Origin: an uncultured Chthonomonadaceae bacterium
GTDB taxonomy: Bacteria; Armatimonadota; Chthonomonadetes; Chthonomonadales; Chthonomonadaceae
DNA: 64,000 bases
Reading direction: 5' to 3'
Assembly (NCBI GenBank): GCA_963835065.1
Contig: CAWIEK010000049.1
Span: 608,001 to 672,000 of the forward strand
Positions 9,319-18,366 of this stretch are shown in pieces (the first letter of the stretch is position 1; every line of letters starts with the position of its first letter). Position numbers and translations under genes: made by a program. The notes under the pieces were generated by a model. The model saw only the letters and a list, made by a program, of their open reading frames with translations, ran no database searches and was not told the origin of the DNA.

Positions 9319-10587
9319 TCAGTCCCAATCCTCGTTCTTCGGCTTGGCAAAGAATTTTTCCAACTCCGTCATGCCGGGCAGACTGGTGACATGGTGTGGC
9401 GAAATAAAGAAGAACGTTGGAGTGAATTCCACATATCCCGCTTCTCCAGCGGCCATGTCTGCCCTGATTCGATTTTCCATCGCGCTGGACACGCGATCCT
9501 TCTTAAATTTTGCCATGTCCAGGTGCAGGCTTTGCGCATACTCTTCAAATTGGACGCTGTCGAAGTTAGGGGCTTCCATGTCTTTGGTGTGCTGGAACAA
9601 CAGATCGTGCATCTCCCAGAACTTGCCCTGTTCGCCTGCCGCTTCCGCCGCCCCCGCCGCTTCCTTTGCCCACCGGTGATTGCCAAGCGGGAAGTTGCGA
9701 AAGACAAGCCGTATCTCTTTGGGATGCTGCTTGTAAACGGCTTCCACTTCTTTAGCCGCGTCCGAACAATGCGAACACTGGTAATCGGCAAACTCGATCA
9801 GAGTGTATTTGGCGTTGGCATCGCCTTTGGTATGGAGCATGGACGCGGTGAGCGGGCCGCGCGCATCGGGAACCGACTGCGGGACAGGAGTAGGCGGCGT
9901 ATGGAGAACCAGCATGATGTCCGGGATGACCATGAAACTGCCCAGAACCACAATCAGGGCGAGAACGCCGCCAATCATTTTCTGTTCGCCGGTCAGTTTC
10001 CGCCCGTCGAGCAGATAATCGCGGGAAGCCAGCGCGAAAATCAGCGTCACCAGCGCAGCCGACGCAAAGCAGTATTTACAAAAACTGTGCAATTGGTAGA
10101 TGGCGACGCGCTGCAGCCATATCGAGATGCCAAAGCCGAGCAGCGCCAATCCCCAGATTGCCATGTCCAGTTTTCGCACAGGATTGCCGCCCGATGCGCC
10201 GGCGCCGCTTCCAATTTCCGATGGTTCGGCAGGAGCCGCATGGCCGCGCGGCAATTCCTCCTCCATGCCGGGCGTATCGAAAGCGGAGGCCGAAGACGCA
10301 TACGCTGCCGCCCGCGTAGTTTCCCGCTCCCGCGCCAGGCGCAGTTGTTTGCCGCGCGCCAGGCACAGGCAGATGAACGCGAGATACATCAGCAGGCCGA
10401 GGAGCGAGGTCGGAAGGGGACCAAAATGCCCGTAAACGCTGCCGGTTGTAGACGCGCAACCCGCGCCGTTCTTGAAACAGCCCCCGGCGGCATCGGCGGC
10501 ATGTTCCCCGAACGTCAGCATCAGGGCGACGCCACAGCCGACAAACGCGAAAATCATAGTAAGGAGGTTGGATAGCGATCTATTCAT
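9319..10587 (-). CDS. VKOR-DsbA (thioredoxin_4) fusion
   Basis: VKOR loop cysteines (GCFKNGAGC...SVYG) and CKYC; C-terminal FADYQCSHC, FRNFPL, GKFWEMHD, TPT. Confidence 0.88.
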   Translation of the reverse strand: MNRSLSNLLTMIFAFVGCGVALMLTFGEHAADAAGGCFKNGAGCASTTGSVYGHFGPLPTSLLGLLMYLAFICLCLARGKQLRLARERETTRAAAYASSASAFDTPGMEEELPRGHAAPAEPSEIGSGAGASGGNPVRKLDMAIWGLALLGFGISIWLQRVAIYQLHSFCKYCFASAALVTLIFALASRDYLLDGRKLTGEQKMIGGVLALIVVLGSFMVIPDIMLVLHTPPTPVPQSVPDARGPLTASMLHTKGDANAKYTLIEFADYQCSHCSDAAKEVEAVYKQHPKEIRLVFRNFPLGNHRWAKEAAGAAEAAGEQGKFWEMHDLLFQHTKDMEAPNFDSVQFEEYAQSLHLDMAKFKKDRVSSAMENRIRADMAAGEAGYVEFTPTFFFISPHHVTSLPGMTELEKFFAKPKNEDWD

Positions 10588-10705
10588 TGCAGAAAAAACT
10601 CCCGGAATGTAACCCGCAGCGTTGTCCGCGCGTCCAAATGCGGAACACGGCGACAGATGCGCGTATTGGTTTGTAAGAGTGTACCTGAATCCGTTCGTAC
10701 CTGTA

Positions 10706-11200
10706 TTATACAACACCTTGCGCCAACAAACGCTGCCGCAGGTACTCGATTTGCGCGGCGTGCTGAATGTCGTGCTGCAGCATTTCTGATACGTAATCCG
10801 TCAGGGAAATCGTTGCCCCCTCCCAATCGCGCTCGGCCTCGAATTCCGCGTCGGGCAATTGCTGTAACTGCGCCTGCCAATCCGCGCCGATACGTTCCAT
10901 CCAGGCCACGATTCCCGGCCAATCGCTGCTGTCGGGAGCCGCTCCCGCGTCGAAGTCCGCGATCCCGCCCGCTTTGCCGTCGGGCAGGAACAGGGGCAGC
11001 GTCAGTTGCTTCCAGGCGGCGACGTGATAGACGATGCCGGCGATGCTGCCGTTTTGCCCGATGCCATACGGCTGCCCCGGCCAGTTCGCAGCCCCGAAAG
11101 CAAGCGCCTGTTCGGGCGTCACGTCTTGTATTTGTTCCCGCAAATAGCGAAAACTCCGCGTCGCGCGCTTGCGCAGGTAATCAGGCAACGATTGAGGCAT
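10706..11200 (-). CDS. DinB-family protein
   Basis: SIAGIVYHVAAW and HDIQHAAQI His motifs. Confidence 0.85.
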   Translation of the reverse strand: MPQSLPDYLRKRATRSFRYLREQIQDVTPEQALAFGAANWPGQPYGIGQNGSIAGIVYHVAAWKQLTLPLFLPDGKAGGIADFDAGAAPDSSDWPGIVAWMERIGADWQAQLQQLPDAEFEAERDWEGATISLTDYVSEMLQHDIQHAAQIEYLRQRLLAQGVV

Positions 11201-11383
11201 GGATTTGTCTCTCCTACAGCAGTTTGGTTTTACCGTTCAATATGCGATATAATACGGGGAAGGAATAAGAGAAGAAGGCAGAAGGCATTAGATATTAGAT
11301 ATTAGGCAAAAGCCAATACCCACTACCCAACACCAGAACACCGAACACCTGAATACCGACTTTTCCCGATAGGAGTCTTTGCA

Positions 11384-12178
11384 ATGAATTCTTTATCCGT
11401 TGCGTTTAGAAAACAAACCGCGCTTCCCGCGTCCCTTATATCTGAGAACACCAACGAACGGAACATTCCTTCGCGTTCCTTCGCGTTCCTTCGCGGCTAT
11501 ATTCCTCTTCGGCCTATCCGGTTCCTGCTTTTGGGCGCGTTGGCGGCAATTGCGCTGAATGTGGGAATTCCCGCCTATGCGCAGGACAAAGAGAAAGCGC
11601 CGGACAAAGACAAAGCCGGCACTGACCTCAGCCAATTGGCTTCCGAAATGAGCGACATTGACTCGCTGCGCCCGCTCATTCCGCTGAAACTCACGCCGGA
11701 GCAGATAGACAAAATGGCGGCGGCGATTACGGCATCGCAGGCGGCGTATGACAAAAAACTCAAAGCCATCGCCGGGCCGGCGCTTGCGAAATTGGCCGAC
11801 CAGATACATGATGTCAAGCAAAAAGCGCTCAAGGGTGAACCGATACCGGCAGAATTCGACACGTATGCGCAGGCGGCGGAAAAGCAGATACTTACCAGCC
11901 GCGTGAAACTGGATCAAGATACGATCATCCTCCTGGCGGGTACGCTGGAAGATATACTAACGGCGGAACAGTTTAAACAAGCGGCCATGCTGGACAAGAA
12001 CGCGCAGATCAAGCTGAAAAAAGTGCCGGCGACCCTGCAAAAAACGGATGCGCAGTGGTTCGCCTCGTATGTCACGGATGCGATTTTTACCGTGCCGCGC
12101 ATTGTGCCCCTACTCAAAGAGATGCGCGCGGCGACAGGCGCGAAAACCGCTTCCACCAACGCACCCGGATCGAAGTAA
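11384..12178 (+). CDS. Hypothetical secreted helical protein
   Basis: AGGAG RBS, hydrophobic segment ending AYA-Q, long ORF. Confidence 0.7.
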   Translation: MNSLSVAFRKQTALPASLISENTNERNIPSRSFAFLRGYIPLRPIRFLLLGALAAIALNVGIPAYAQDKEKAPDKDKAGTDLSQLASEMSDIDSLRPLIPLKLTPEQIDKMAAAITASQAAYDKKLKAIAGPALAKLADQIHDVKQKALKGEPIPAEFDTYAQAAEKQILTSRVKLDQDTIILLAGTLEDILTAEQFKQAAMLDKNAQIKLKKVPATLQKTDAQWFASYVTDAIFTVPRIVPLLKEMRAATGAKTASTNAPGSK

Positions 12179-12382
12179 CCGCAAAGAGTTGATAGTTCTT
12201 AGTTGATAGTTGATAGGGATGCAGGAAGCGCGAGTTTTCAGCATTCTTTCGCTTAGGGCATTACGACAAAAACTTGCGCCCGCTCTGCTGTTTGTTATCA
12301 CAGCAGAGCGGGCGCATTGTTTGGGCAATTGGAATCGCGTGAATGGTTCACTCACGCGACATTACAAACTGGCGCTTCTGAG

Positions 12383-12706
12383 TTAGAGCATGGTTTCCAA
12401 CTTGCCGGCGATGATGTGCTTGGGAACGACGCCGACAACCTGATCCACCACTTTGCCGTCCTTGAAGAAGTACAGCGTGGGAATAGACTGAACGTTGTAG
12501 CGATCCGCCACTTCCCGCTCATCGTCTATGTTGACCTTGATGACCTTCACGCGCCCGGCGTATTCGGTTGCCAGCGCGTCCAGATGGGGCGCAATCATGC
12601 GGCAGGGGCCGCACCAGACAGCCCAAAAGTCTACAACGACCGGCACATCGGATTTCAGCACCTGTTCATCGAACTCGCTCGATGTGACTGCAACAGCGTT
12701 GCTCAT
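12383..12706 (-). CDS. trxA: Thioredoxin
   Basis: DFWAVWCGPC, SIPT. Confidence 0.96.
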   Translation of the reverse strand: MSNAVAVTSSEFDEQVLKSDVPVVVDFWAVWCGPCRMIAPHLDALATEYAGRVKVIKVNIDDEREVADRYNVQSIPTLYFFKDGKVVDQVVGVVPKHIIAGKLETML

Positions 12707-13098
12707 TAACGTTCCTCCCCTGAGTATGCGCGTAACCCAGCCCCTAAGCGGAATAGGATTGGCAGACTGCCCGGTGAGCCGTGTGCTATCCCCACGCTGC
12801 GTACTGTCAAACGCGATACTCGCTTCCCGGTGAAATATAGGCTGTTATGAAAATGAAAGCCGCCGCCACAGCGCCATCCGGCCTGTTTTCGGCAGACTTC
12901 CCTCTTCCAATAAAGCCTTCTGTTGTTGCCTACGTACCGCTTTTGGCGGAAGTTCCCGTTAGGGGGTTGGTGGTTGGTGGTGGGAGAAGGGAAGAAGGCA
13001 TTAGATAGTAGGCATTAGGCATTAGGCATTAGATATTAGGAAGAAGACAGAAGACAGAAGCCGAACACCGAACACCTGAACACCCGAATACCGAATAT

Positions 13099-13138
13099 GA
13101 AAAACCGGCGCGTCGCGCGAAAGGCGGACGTGCCGGTG
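13099..13138 (-). terminator. Rho-independent terminator downstream of csp
   Basis: ACCGGCACGTCCGCC...GACGCGCCGGT followed by a T run on the minus strand. Confidence 0.6.
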
Positions 13139-13309
13139 ATAAGCCCCATTGTCAGCTTGCTTAGAAATGTGCGCGGTTCAGAGACCGAATGTGTTTACGA
13201 GTATTTTTCTGCCAGAATCCGAGGATGCGGGAAGAAAGGATTAGGAAAAATGCGTCTTTGCACCGGAAAACCGGGAGGACGGAAAAAATTGTAAGCCGGG
13301 GGATTGCTA

Positions 13310-13510
13310 TTACGCGGATGTGACGTTGGCGGCCTGAGGGCCTTTTGCGCCGTCCACAACTTCAAAAGAGACTTCCTGGCCTTCCGCCAGAGTCTTGAAG
13401 CCATCTTTTTGGATGGCTGAGTAGTGGACGAAAATGTCCTTGCCTTCGTTGGTTTCGATGAAGCCGTAACCTTTGGCGTCATTGAACCATTTCACCTTAC
13501 CTGATTGCAT
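13310..13510 (-). CDS. Cold-shock protein (CspA family)
   Basis: GKVKWFN, KGYGFI, DIFVHYS, GPQAANV. Confidence 0.97.
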   Translation of the reverse strand: MQSGKVKWFNDAKGYGFIETNEGKDIFVHYSAIQKDGFKTLAEGQEVSFEVVDGAKGPQAANVTSA

Positions 13511-13565
13511 GTCCGAACGTCCTCCTTACTGGATGTACATGCTGAGCGGGGAACTCAGCCGGACA

Positions 13566-13594
13566 AGTATAACATTTGCCCGGCGGCGTGTCAA
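13566..13594 (-). promoter_or_regulatory. Sigma70-type promoter of csp
   Basis: TTGACA-17-TATACT on minus strand. Confidence 0.7.
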
Positions 13595-13813
13595 CATATT
13601 TCGCCCGAATTTCGGTGAATTTGTTGAAAACAGTGAAATTTTTTTACAACTTTTTGCGTACTCCCTCTGCCGGTACTTAAACCAGTGTACTCTTGTCGCG
13701 TACTATTGGCTCCGCAGATGATTTTGGCTTTTTTTCTTGACAGCAAGCCCTCCACCGTGCCATACTGCTTTCGCATTGACCGAAAACAATTAAACATTTC
13801 GCTTGTACTCTTT

Positions 13814-13916
13814 GCTCGCCGCAGACAGCCGGTGTTGACGCGCTTCTTTCCGACAGAACTCTGGAAAGTAAACGCGCCCGCTTAAATTCCATGCAGGAAG
13901 CCCGCCGAGGTTGAGT
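13814..13916 (+). promoter_or_regulatory. Ribosomal protein L10 leader RNA
   Basis: CCGCAGACAGCCGGTG...CTTAAA...CCCGCCGAGG resembles the L10-leader core; upstream of rplJ, after TTGACA-18-CATACT at 13737. Confidence 0.7.
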
Positions 13917-14030
13917 CGAGTTCCCCAATACCAGAGTTGGCTTGCGCCTGCGCCTGCCACCCCCTGTAACCCGGAATTCGCCTTTGTCTGCGCCCGCGCA
14001 AACGAAGCGAATGGCCGGGTTTTTCATTGG

Positions 14031-14149
14031 AGGTTTCAGGTTTCAGGTTTCAGGTTTCAGGGAAATCCCTCTTTACCCAAACACTTGATAGGATAGCAGC
14101 CAGGAAGGGAAGAGTATCCCTGAAACCTGAAACCTGAAACCTGAAACCT
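14031..14149. repeat. Inverted heptamer arrays (AGGTTTC)x4, 33-bp perfect arms, 53-nt loop
   Basis: Read directly. Confidence 0.9.
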
Positions 14150-14159
14150 GGAGTTCGCC

Positions 14160-14711
14160 ATGCCCAACGCACAGAAAGAACTGGTCATCTCCGAACTGCG
14201 CGACATTGTGGCGCAAAGCAAGGGAGCCATTCTCACCGACTATCGCGGCCTGACGGTTGCGGAAGTCACCAACCTGCGCAAGAAATTGCGCGACGTGGAC
14301 GCCGAGTACCACGTTGTCAAGAACACGCTGTTCAAAATTGCGCTGGGCGAACAGGCCGGCGCGCAACTGGACACGCTCTTAGCCGGCCCAACAGCCATCG
14401 CGTTCGCCAAAGGCGACGTTGTGCCTACGTCCAAAGCCGTGATTGACTTTTTGACCGGACTGAAGAAGCCGGACATCAAGCTCAAGGGTGGATATATTGA
14501 CGGCAGCGTTTACGATGTGGCGCAAGTCACGGCGCTGTCGAAACTGCCGCCCAAAGAGCAGATCATCGCGCAGCTGCTCGGTTCGCTGCAAGCCCCGGCC
14601 AGCAATCTGGTCGGTACGCTGGATAACATCATCGGCGACTTTGTCCGTACCATCCAGGCGATTGCCGACAAACAGGGTGGCGGCGGGGAAACCGCAGAAG
14701 CCGCCGCGTAA
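14160..14711 (+). CDS. rplJ: 50S ribosomal protein L10
   Basis: DYRGLTVAEVTNLRK, VVKNTL, GPTAIAF. Confidence 0.96.
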   Translation: MPNAQKELVISELRDIVAQSKGAILTDYRGLTVAEVTNLRKKLRDVDAEYHVVKNTLFKIALGEQAGAQLDTLLAGPTAIAFAKGDVVPTSKAVIDFLTGLKKPDIKLKGGYIDGSVYDVAQVTALSKLPPKEQIIAQLLGSLQAPASNLVGTLDNIIGDFVRTIQAIADKQGGGGETAEAAA

Positions 14712-14714
14712 TAA

Positions 14715-14793
14715 AGGTTTCAGGTGTCAGGTGCTAGGTATCAGGATAGAATACCTGCGGCCTGACACCTGAAACCTAACACCTGACACCTGA
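14715..14793. repeat. Degenerate inverted heptamer arrays (CAGGTGT-like), short loop
   Basis: Between rplJ and rplL. Confidence 0.75.
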
Positions 14794-14814
14794 ATTGTAA
14801 TCAAGGAGAAAGAA

Positions 14815-15216
14815 ATGCCCGCACTTAGCCGTGAAGAGATTGTCGAAGCCATCAAAGGCATGTCCGTGCTGGAACTGTCCCAACTGTCCAAAGACTTGCA
14901 GGAAGTCTTTGGCGTGTCCGCCGCCGCGCCCGTCGCGTATGCGCCCGGTCCCGGTGGTCCCACTCCGGGCGAACCCGCTCCGGTTGTCGAGGAAGTGACG
15001 AGCTTTGACGCCGTTCTGACCGCTATTGGCGAGAAGAAGATCAACGTCATCAAGGTCGTCCGCGAAGTGACGAGCCTGGGTCTGAAGGAAGCCAAAGACC
15101 TGGTCGAGTCTACGCCCGCCAAAGTGAAGGAAGGCATCAACATGGACGAAGCCAAAGCCTTGCAGGCCAAGTTCGAGGCCGAAGGCGCGAAGATCGAAAT
15201 TAAGCCGGCGGGTTAG
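14815..15216 (+). CDS. rplL: 50S ribosomal protein L7/L12
   Basis: [24 protein letters not shown]. Confidence 0.97.
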   Translation: MPALSREEIVEAIKGMSVLELSQLSKDLQEVFGVSAAAPVAYAPGPGGPTPGEPAPVVEEVTSFDAVLTAIGEKKINVIKVVREVTSLGLKEAKDLVESTPAKVKEGINMDEAKALQAKFEAEGAKIEIKPAG

Positions 15217-15218
15217 GA

Positions 15219-15481
15219 AGTTGATAGTGGTTAGTTGATAGTTGATAGTCAACCGCATCCGCGCGTTGAAAATCGCGGATGTGATAACGTAGGGACATAA
15301 CATGTTATTTCCTGCCTCGGAGGTTATGTCCTGCATGCGTGGACTGGAACGACTATTTTGTCTTGAGTCGCTCTAACCTGCTATTGCCAACCTATACGAA
15401 AACGCCCCTGCAACAAGTTCGTTGCAGGGGCTTTTTCGGATGTACGCTGAACTATCAACTATCAACTAACCACTATCAACT
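15219..15481. repeat. Inverted heptamer arrays (AGTTGAT), 31-bp perfect arms around a 201-nt structured insert
   Basis: A variant unit is mirrored in both arms. Confidence 0.88.
15404..15436 (+). terminator. Rho-independent terminator between convergent rplL and lexA
   Basis: GCCCCTGCAAC-aagttc-GTTGCAGGGGC-TTTTT. Confidence 0.8.
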
Positions 15482-15483
15482 CC

Positions 15484-16122
15484 TCAGAAGCTGTAATTCG
15501 CGTCGTAGTTGCGGATCAGGCCGATTACTTTGCCCATGATCTTGCTGTCTTCGCGCTTCACTTCGATGGGGGCGTAGGCGGGATTGGCGGCGAGCAGGCG
15601 CGCCCCGTCTTGCGTGAACTGGATGTGCTTCACGGTCGCTTCGTCGCCGAGCAGCACGGCCACCATGTCGCCGTTTTCCGCTGTGTTCTGCTCCTTGAGT
15701 ACCACGTAATCGCCATCCATGATATGCGCGTTAATCATGGAGTCGCCCTTGACGCGCAGCGCGAACGGCTTCTTCACGTTGTAGATCATCTCCTGCGGCA
15801 CGGGAATCTGGGTTTCAACGTTTTCGTTGGCCGTGATCGGCACACCGGCAGAGATGGTTCCGATAAGCGGCACAAAGCTGACATTGCGATTGGGGGATGT
15901 GGCGCCGGTCTTGCCGATGACCGTGATGGAGCGGGACGTGCTAAGGCGCTTGATCATGCCTTTGCGCTCCAGGGCATCGAGATGCACGGTGACGCCGCGC
16001 AGACTGGAAATGCCGAACTCGTTGCCGATTTCACGGATGCTCGGCGGGTAGCCTTTGTCGTTGACGTATTCCATAATGAAGGCGAGAATTTTTTCCTGCT
16101 TATCGGTTAATCCACGGGTCAT
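15484..16122 (-). CDS. lexA: SOS repressor LexA
   Basis: GYPPSIREIG HTH, Ala-Gly cleavage site (ISAGVP), catalytic Ser (GDSM) and Lys (ATVK); GGAGG RBS. Confidence 0.96.
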   Translation of the reverse strand: MTRGLTDKQEKILAFIMEYVNDKGYPPSIREIGNEFGISSLRGVTVHLDALERKGMIKRLSTSRSITVIGKTGATSPNRNVSFVPLIGTISAGVPITANENVETQIPVPQEMIYNVKKPFALRVKGDSMINAHIMDGDYVVLKEQNTAENGDMVAVLLGDEATVKHIQFTQDGARLLAANPAYAPIEVKREDSKIMGKVIGLIRNYDANYSF

Positions 16123-16389
16123 GGTCGTTGCTCCTCCTGTACGCAAAATATACGACGTACTTTTGTTTACTGTACACTGTTTTCTCCCTTTCTGTCAAGA
16201 GGCAGACGGCAAAAAAGCGTTGATTTTTGTCTGTTGACATTCTCCACCGGACGCGCTATAATCATCCGGCAAAGTTTTCAGCCCCCACCCCGCCTATCTG
16301 ACGCTTCGGTAACGATTTTTCAAGCGTTTGCGTACCGAAAATAGAGGCTGTGGAATGGCCTGCGGTTGGTATTTGCGAAGGAGAAGTAT

Positions 16390-17253
16390 TTGAGCGTTGA
16401 TGCGAGTTCCGAGTCCGTTCTGCCGCCCTCCCCTGCCCAGGACGACGGAAACAGCATAGCCCGCGAAGAAGCCGGCGATCCGAAGCATTGGAGCGGCGCT
16501 TCGTCCGAGCCGATGCTGTCCATTGTCGTGCCTGCGTATAATGAAGAAGCGCGTATCGGCAATTCCTTGAAGCGGATGCTGGCCTACTTCGACGCGCAGC
16601 CGTACTCGTATGAGATTTTAGTCGTCAGCGATGGCAGCAGCGACAAAACCGAAGAAATCGTGCAGCATATCGCTGCCCGCCGAACGCAGTTACAATTGCT
16701 GACGTATGCGGACAATCGCGGCAAAGGCTACGCCGTTCGGTTCGGGATGCTGCGGGCGCGGGGTGAGCGTATTTTGTTCAGTGACGCGGATTTGGCGACG
16801 CCCATTGAAGAAGTGGAAAAGTTACTGGCAAAACTGAACGAAGGGTATGAAATTGCCATCGGATCGCGGGATGTGGCCGGTTCGGAGTTAATCAAGCGGC
16901 AATCGCTCGCGCGGGAGTTCGGCGGCAAGAGTTTCAACAAACTGGTGCAAATGCTGGCGGTTCCGGGCATCCACGACACGCAATGCGGCTTCAAGCTGTT
17001 TACGCGGCCAGCCGCGCTCTCCATCTTCGGGCGCGCGCAGGTAGACCATTTCGCGTTCGATGTGGAAGTTTTGTATCTCGCCATGCGCGTCTTCGGCTAT
17101 CGCATCGCGGAAGTTCCCGTCCGCTGGCAGCATATCGAAGGCTCGAAAGTGCGCTTTGCCCGCGACGCCTACCGCATGTTGAAAACCGTGTTTCGTATTC
17201 GTCTCACCCATTACGACCCTCCCTCCTCTGCGGCGGAATTGCGACTGCCTTAA
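16390..17253 (+). CDS. GT2 glycosyltransferase (polyprenol-phosphate glycosyltransferase-like)
   Basis: SIVVPAYNE, DGSSD, NRGKG, DAD, DTQCGFKLF, FAFDVE. Confidence 0.92.
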   Translation: MSVDASSESVLPPSPAQDDGNSIAREEAGDPKHWSGASSEPMLSIVVPAYNEEARIGNSLKRMLAYFDAQPYSYEILVVSDGSSDKTEEIVQHIAARRTQLQLLTYADNRGKGYAVRFGMLRARGERILFSDADLATPIEEVEKLLAKLNEGYEIAIGSRDVAGSELIKRQSLAREFGGKSFNKLVQMLAVPGIHDTQCGFKLFTRPAALSIFGRAQVDHFAFDVEVLYLAMRVFGYRIAEVPVRWQHIEGSKVRFARDAYRMLKTVFRIRLTHYDPPSSAAELRLP

Positions 17254-17258
17254 AGGAA

Positions 17259-17335
17259 GGCATTAGGCATTAGGCATTAGGCATCAGGACAAATTTTCCG
17301 TGCCTAATGCCTAATGCCTAATGCCTAATGCCTAA
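17259..17335. repeat. Inverted heptamer arrays (GGCATTA)/(TGCCTAA), ~12-nt loop
   Basis: Read directly. Confidence 0.9.
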
Positions 17336-17337
17336 CT

Positions 17338-18093
17338 ATGAATTCTGGCGAATACGAACGGATGTACCGGCTGGAAGACACCTACTGGTGGTTTGTCGGG
17401 CGGCATCGGCTGGCGGAAGGACTGATCAAGCAGCGTTACGGGCAGGCCGATCCTGTGGCGCATCCGCTGACTATTCTGGACGTGGGCTGCGGCACGGGAG
17501 CGATGTCGGCGCGGCTGACGCAATGGGGCCGCGTGGTTTCGATGGACTTTTCCCCGCTTGCGCTGCAGTTTTCGCGGCGGCGCGGCTTGAAACATCTGCT
17601 CGGCGCGGATGCCATGAAACTGCCGCTGCAATCCAATCGCTTCGATCTGATTACCGTGATGGACGTGCTGGAACATTTGCCGGACGACCAGGCGGCAATG
17701 CGCGAGTTCTTCCGCGTTTTGAAACCGGGCGGGCGCGTGATCGCCACTATTCCCGCATACAAGCACCTGTGGAGCGAACACGACATTGCCCTGATGCACC
17801 ACCGCCGCTACGTCCGCTCCGAAGTTTCGGAACGCTTTCAGGCTGCCGGGTTCCACATCGAAAAACTGTCCCACACCATGACCACGCTGTACCCGGTCGT
17901 GTCCTTACAGCGCCGCCTGAACGCGAAACAACCCCCACACGATCCGCCGCAGGCCGCCATGCCCCTGTTCCCCGCCCCCGTCAACAGCCTGCTTACCGGC
18001 CTGTTCACGCTGGAAAACACCCTCGCCCGCGCCATAAATCTGCCGTTCGGCGTCACCATCTTCTGCGTGGCGCAAAAACCGGAGGAGAAATAG
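17338..18093 (+). CDS. Class I SAM-dependent methyltransferase
   Basis: ILDVGCGTG, DVLEHL, LKPGG, HHRRY. Confidence 0.92.
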   Translation: MNSGEYERMYRLEDTYWWFVGRHRLAEGLIKQRYGQADPVAHPLTILDVGCGTGAMSARLTQWGRVVSMDFSPLALQFSRRRGLKHLLGADAMKLPLQSNRFDLITVMDVLEHLPDDQAAMREFFRVLKPGGRVIATIPAYKHLWSEHDIALMHHRRYVRSEVSERFQAAGFHIEKLSHTMTTLYPVVSLQRRLNAKQPPHDPPQAAMPLFPAPVNSLLTGLFTLENTLARAINLPFGVTIFCVAQKPEEK

Positions 18094-18366
18094 AACCACG
18101 GAGGACACGGAGAACACGGAGGGGGAGGAAAGAGTAGAGGATAAGGAACCGCTAAACAAACGAAAGTAAGACAAAAAGCAAACCACAGATATAACGGATG
18201 AAACGGATAAACGCGGATTCAAGAACAATTTGACGCGCCTGTCTGTTGATAATCCTGTCTATTTCCTGTTCGTCTCTTTTCGTTTGTTTGGCGTGTTTAG
18301 CGGTTCCTTATCCTCTACTCTTTCCTCCCCCTCCGTGTTCTCCGTGTCCTCCGTGGTTCTATTTCT
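18086..18366. repeat. 73-bp perfect inverted repeat with 9-mer (CACGGAG[GA]A) units between convergent genes
   Basis: 18086-18158 is the reverse complement of 18294-18366. Confidence 0.92.
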
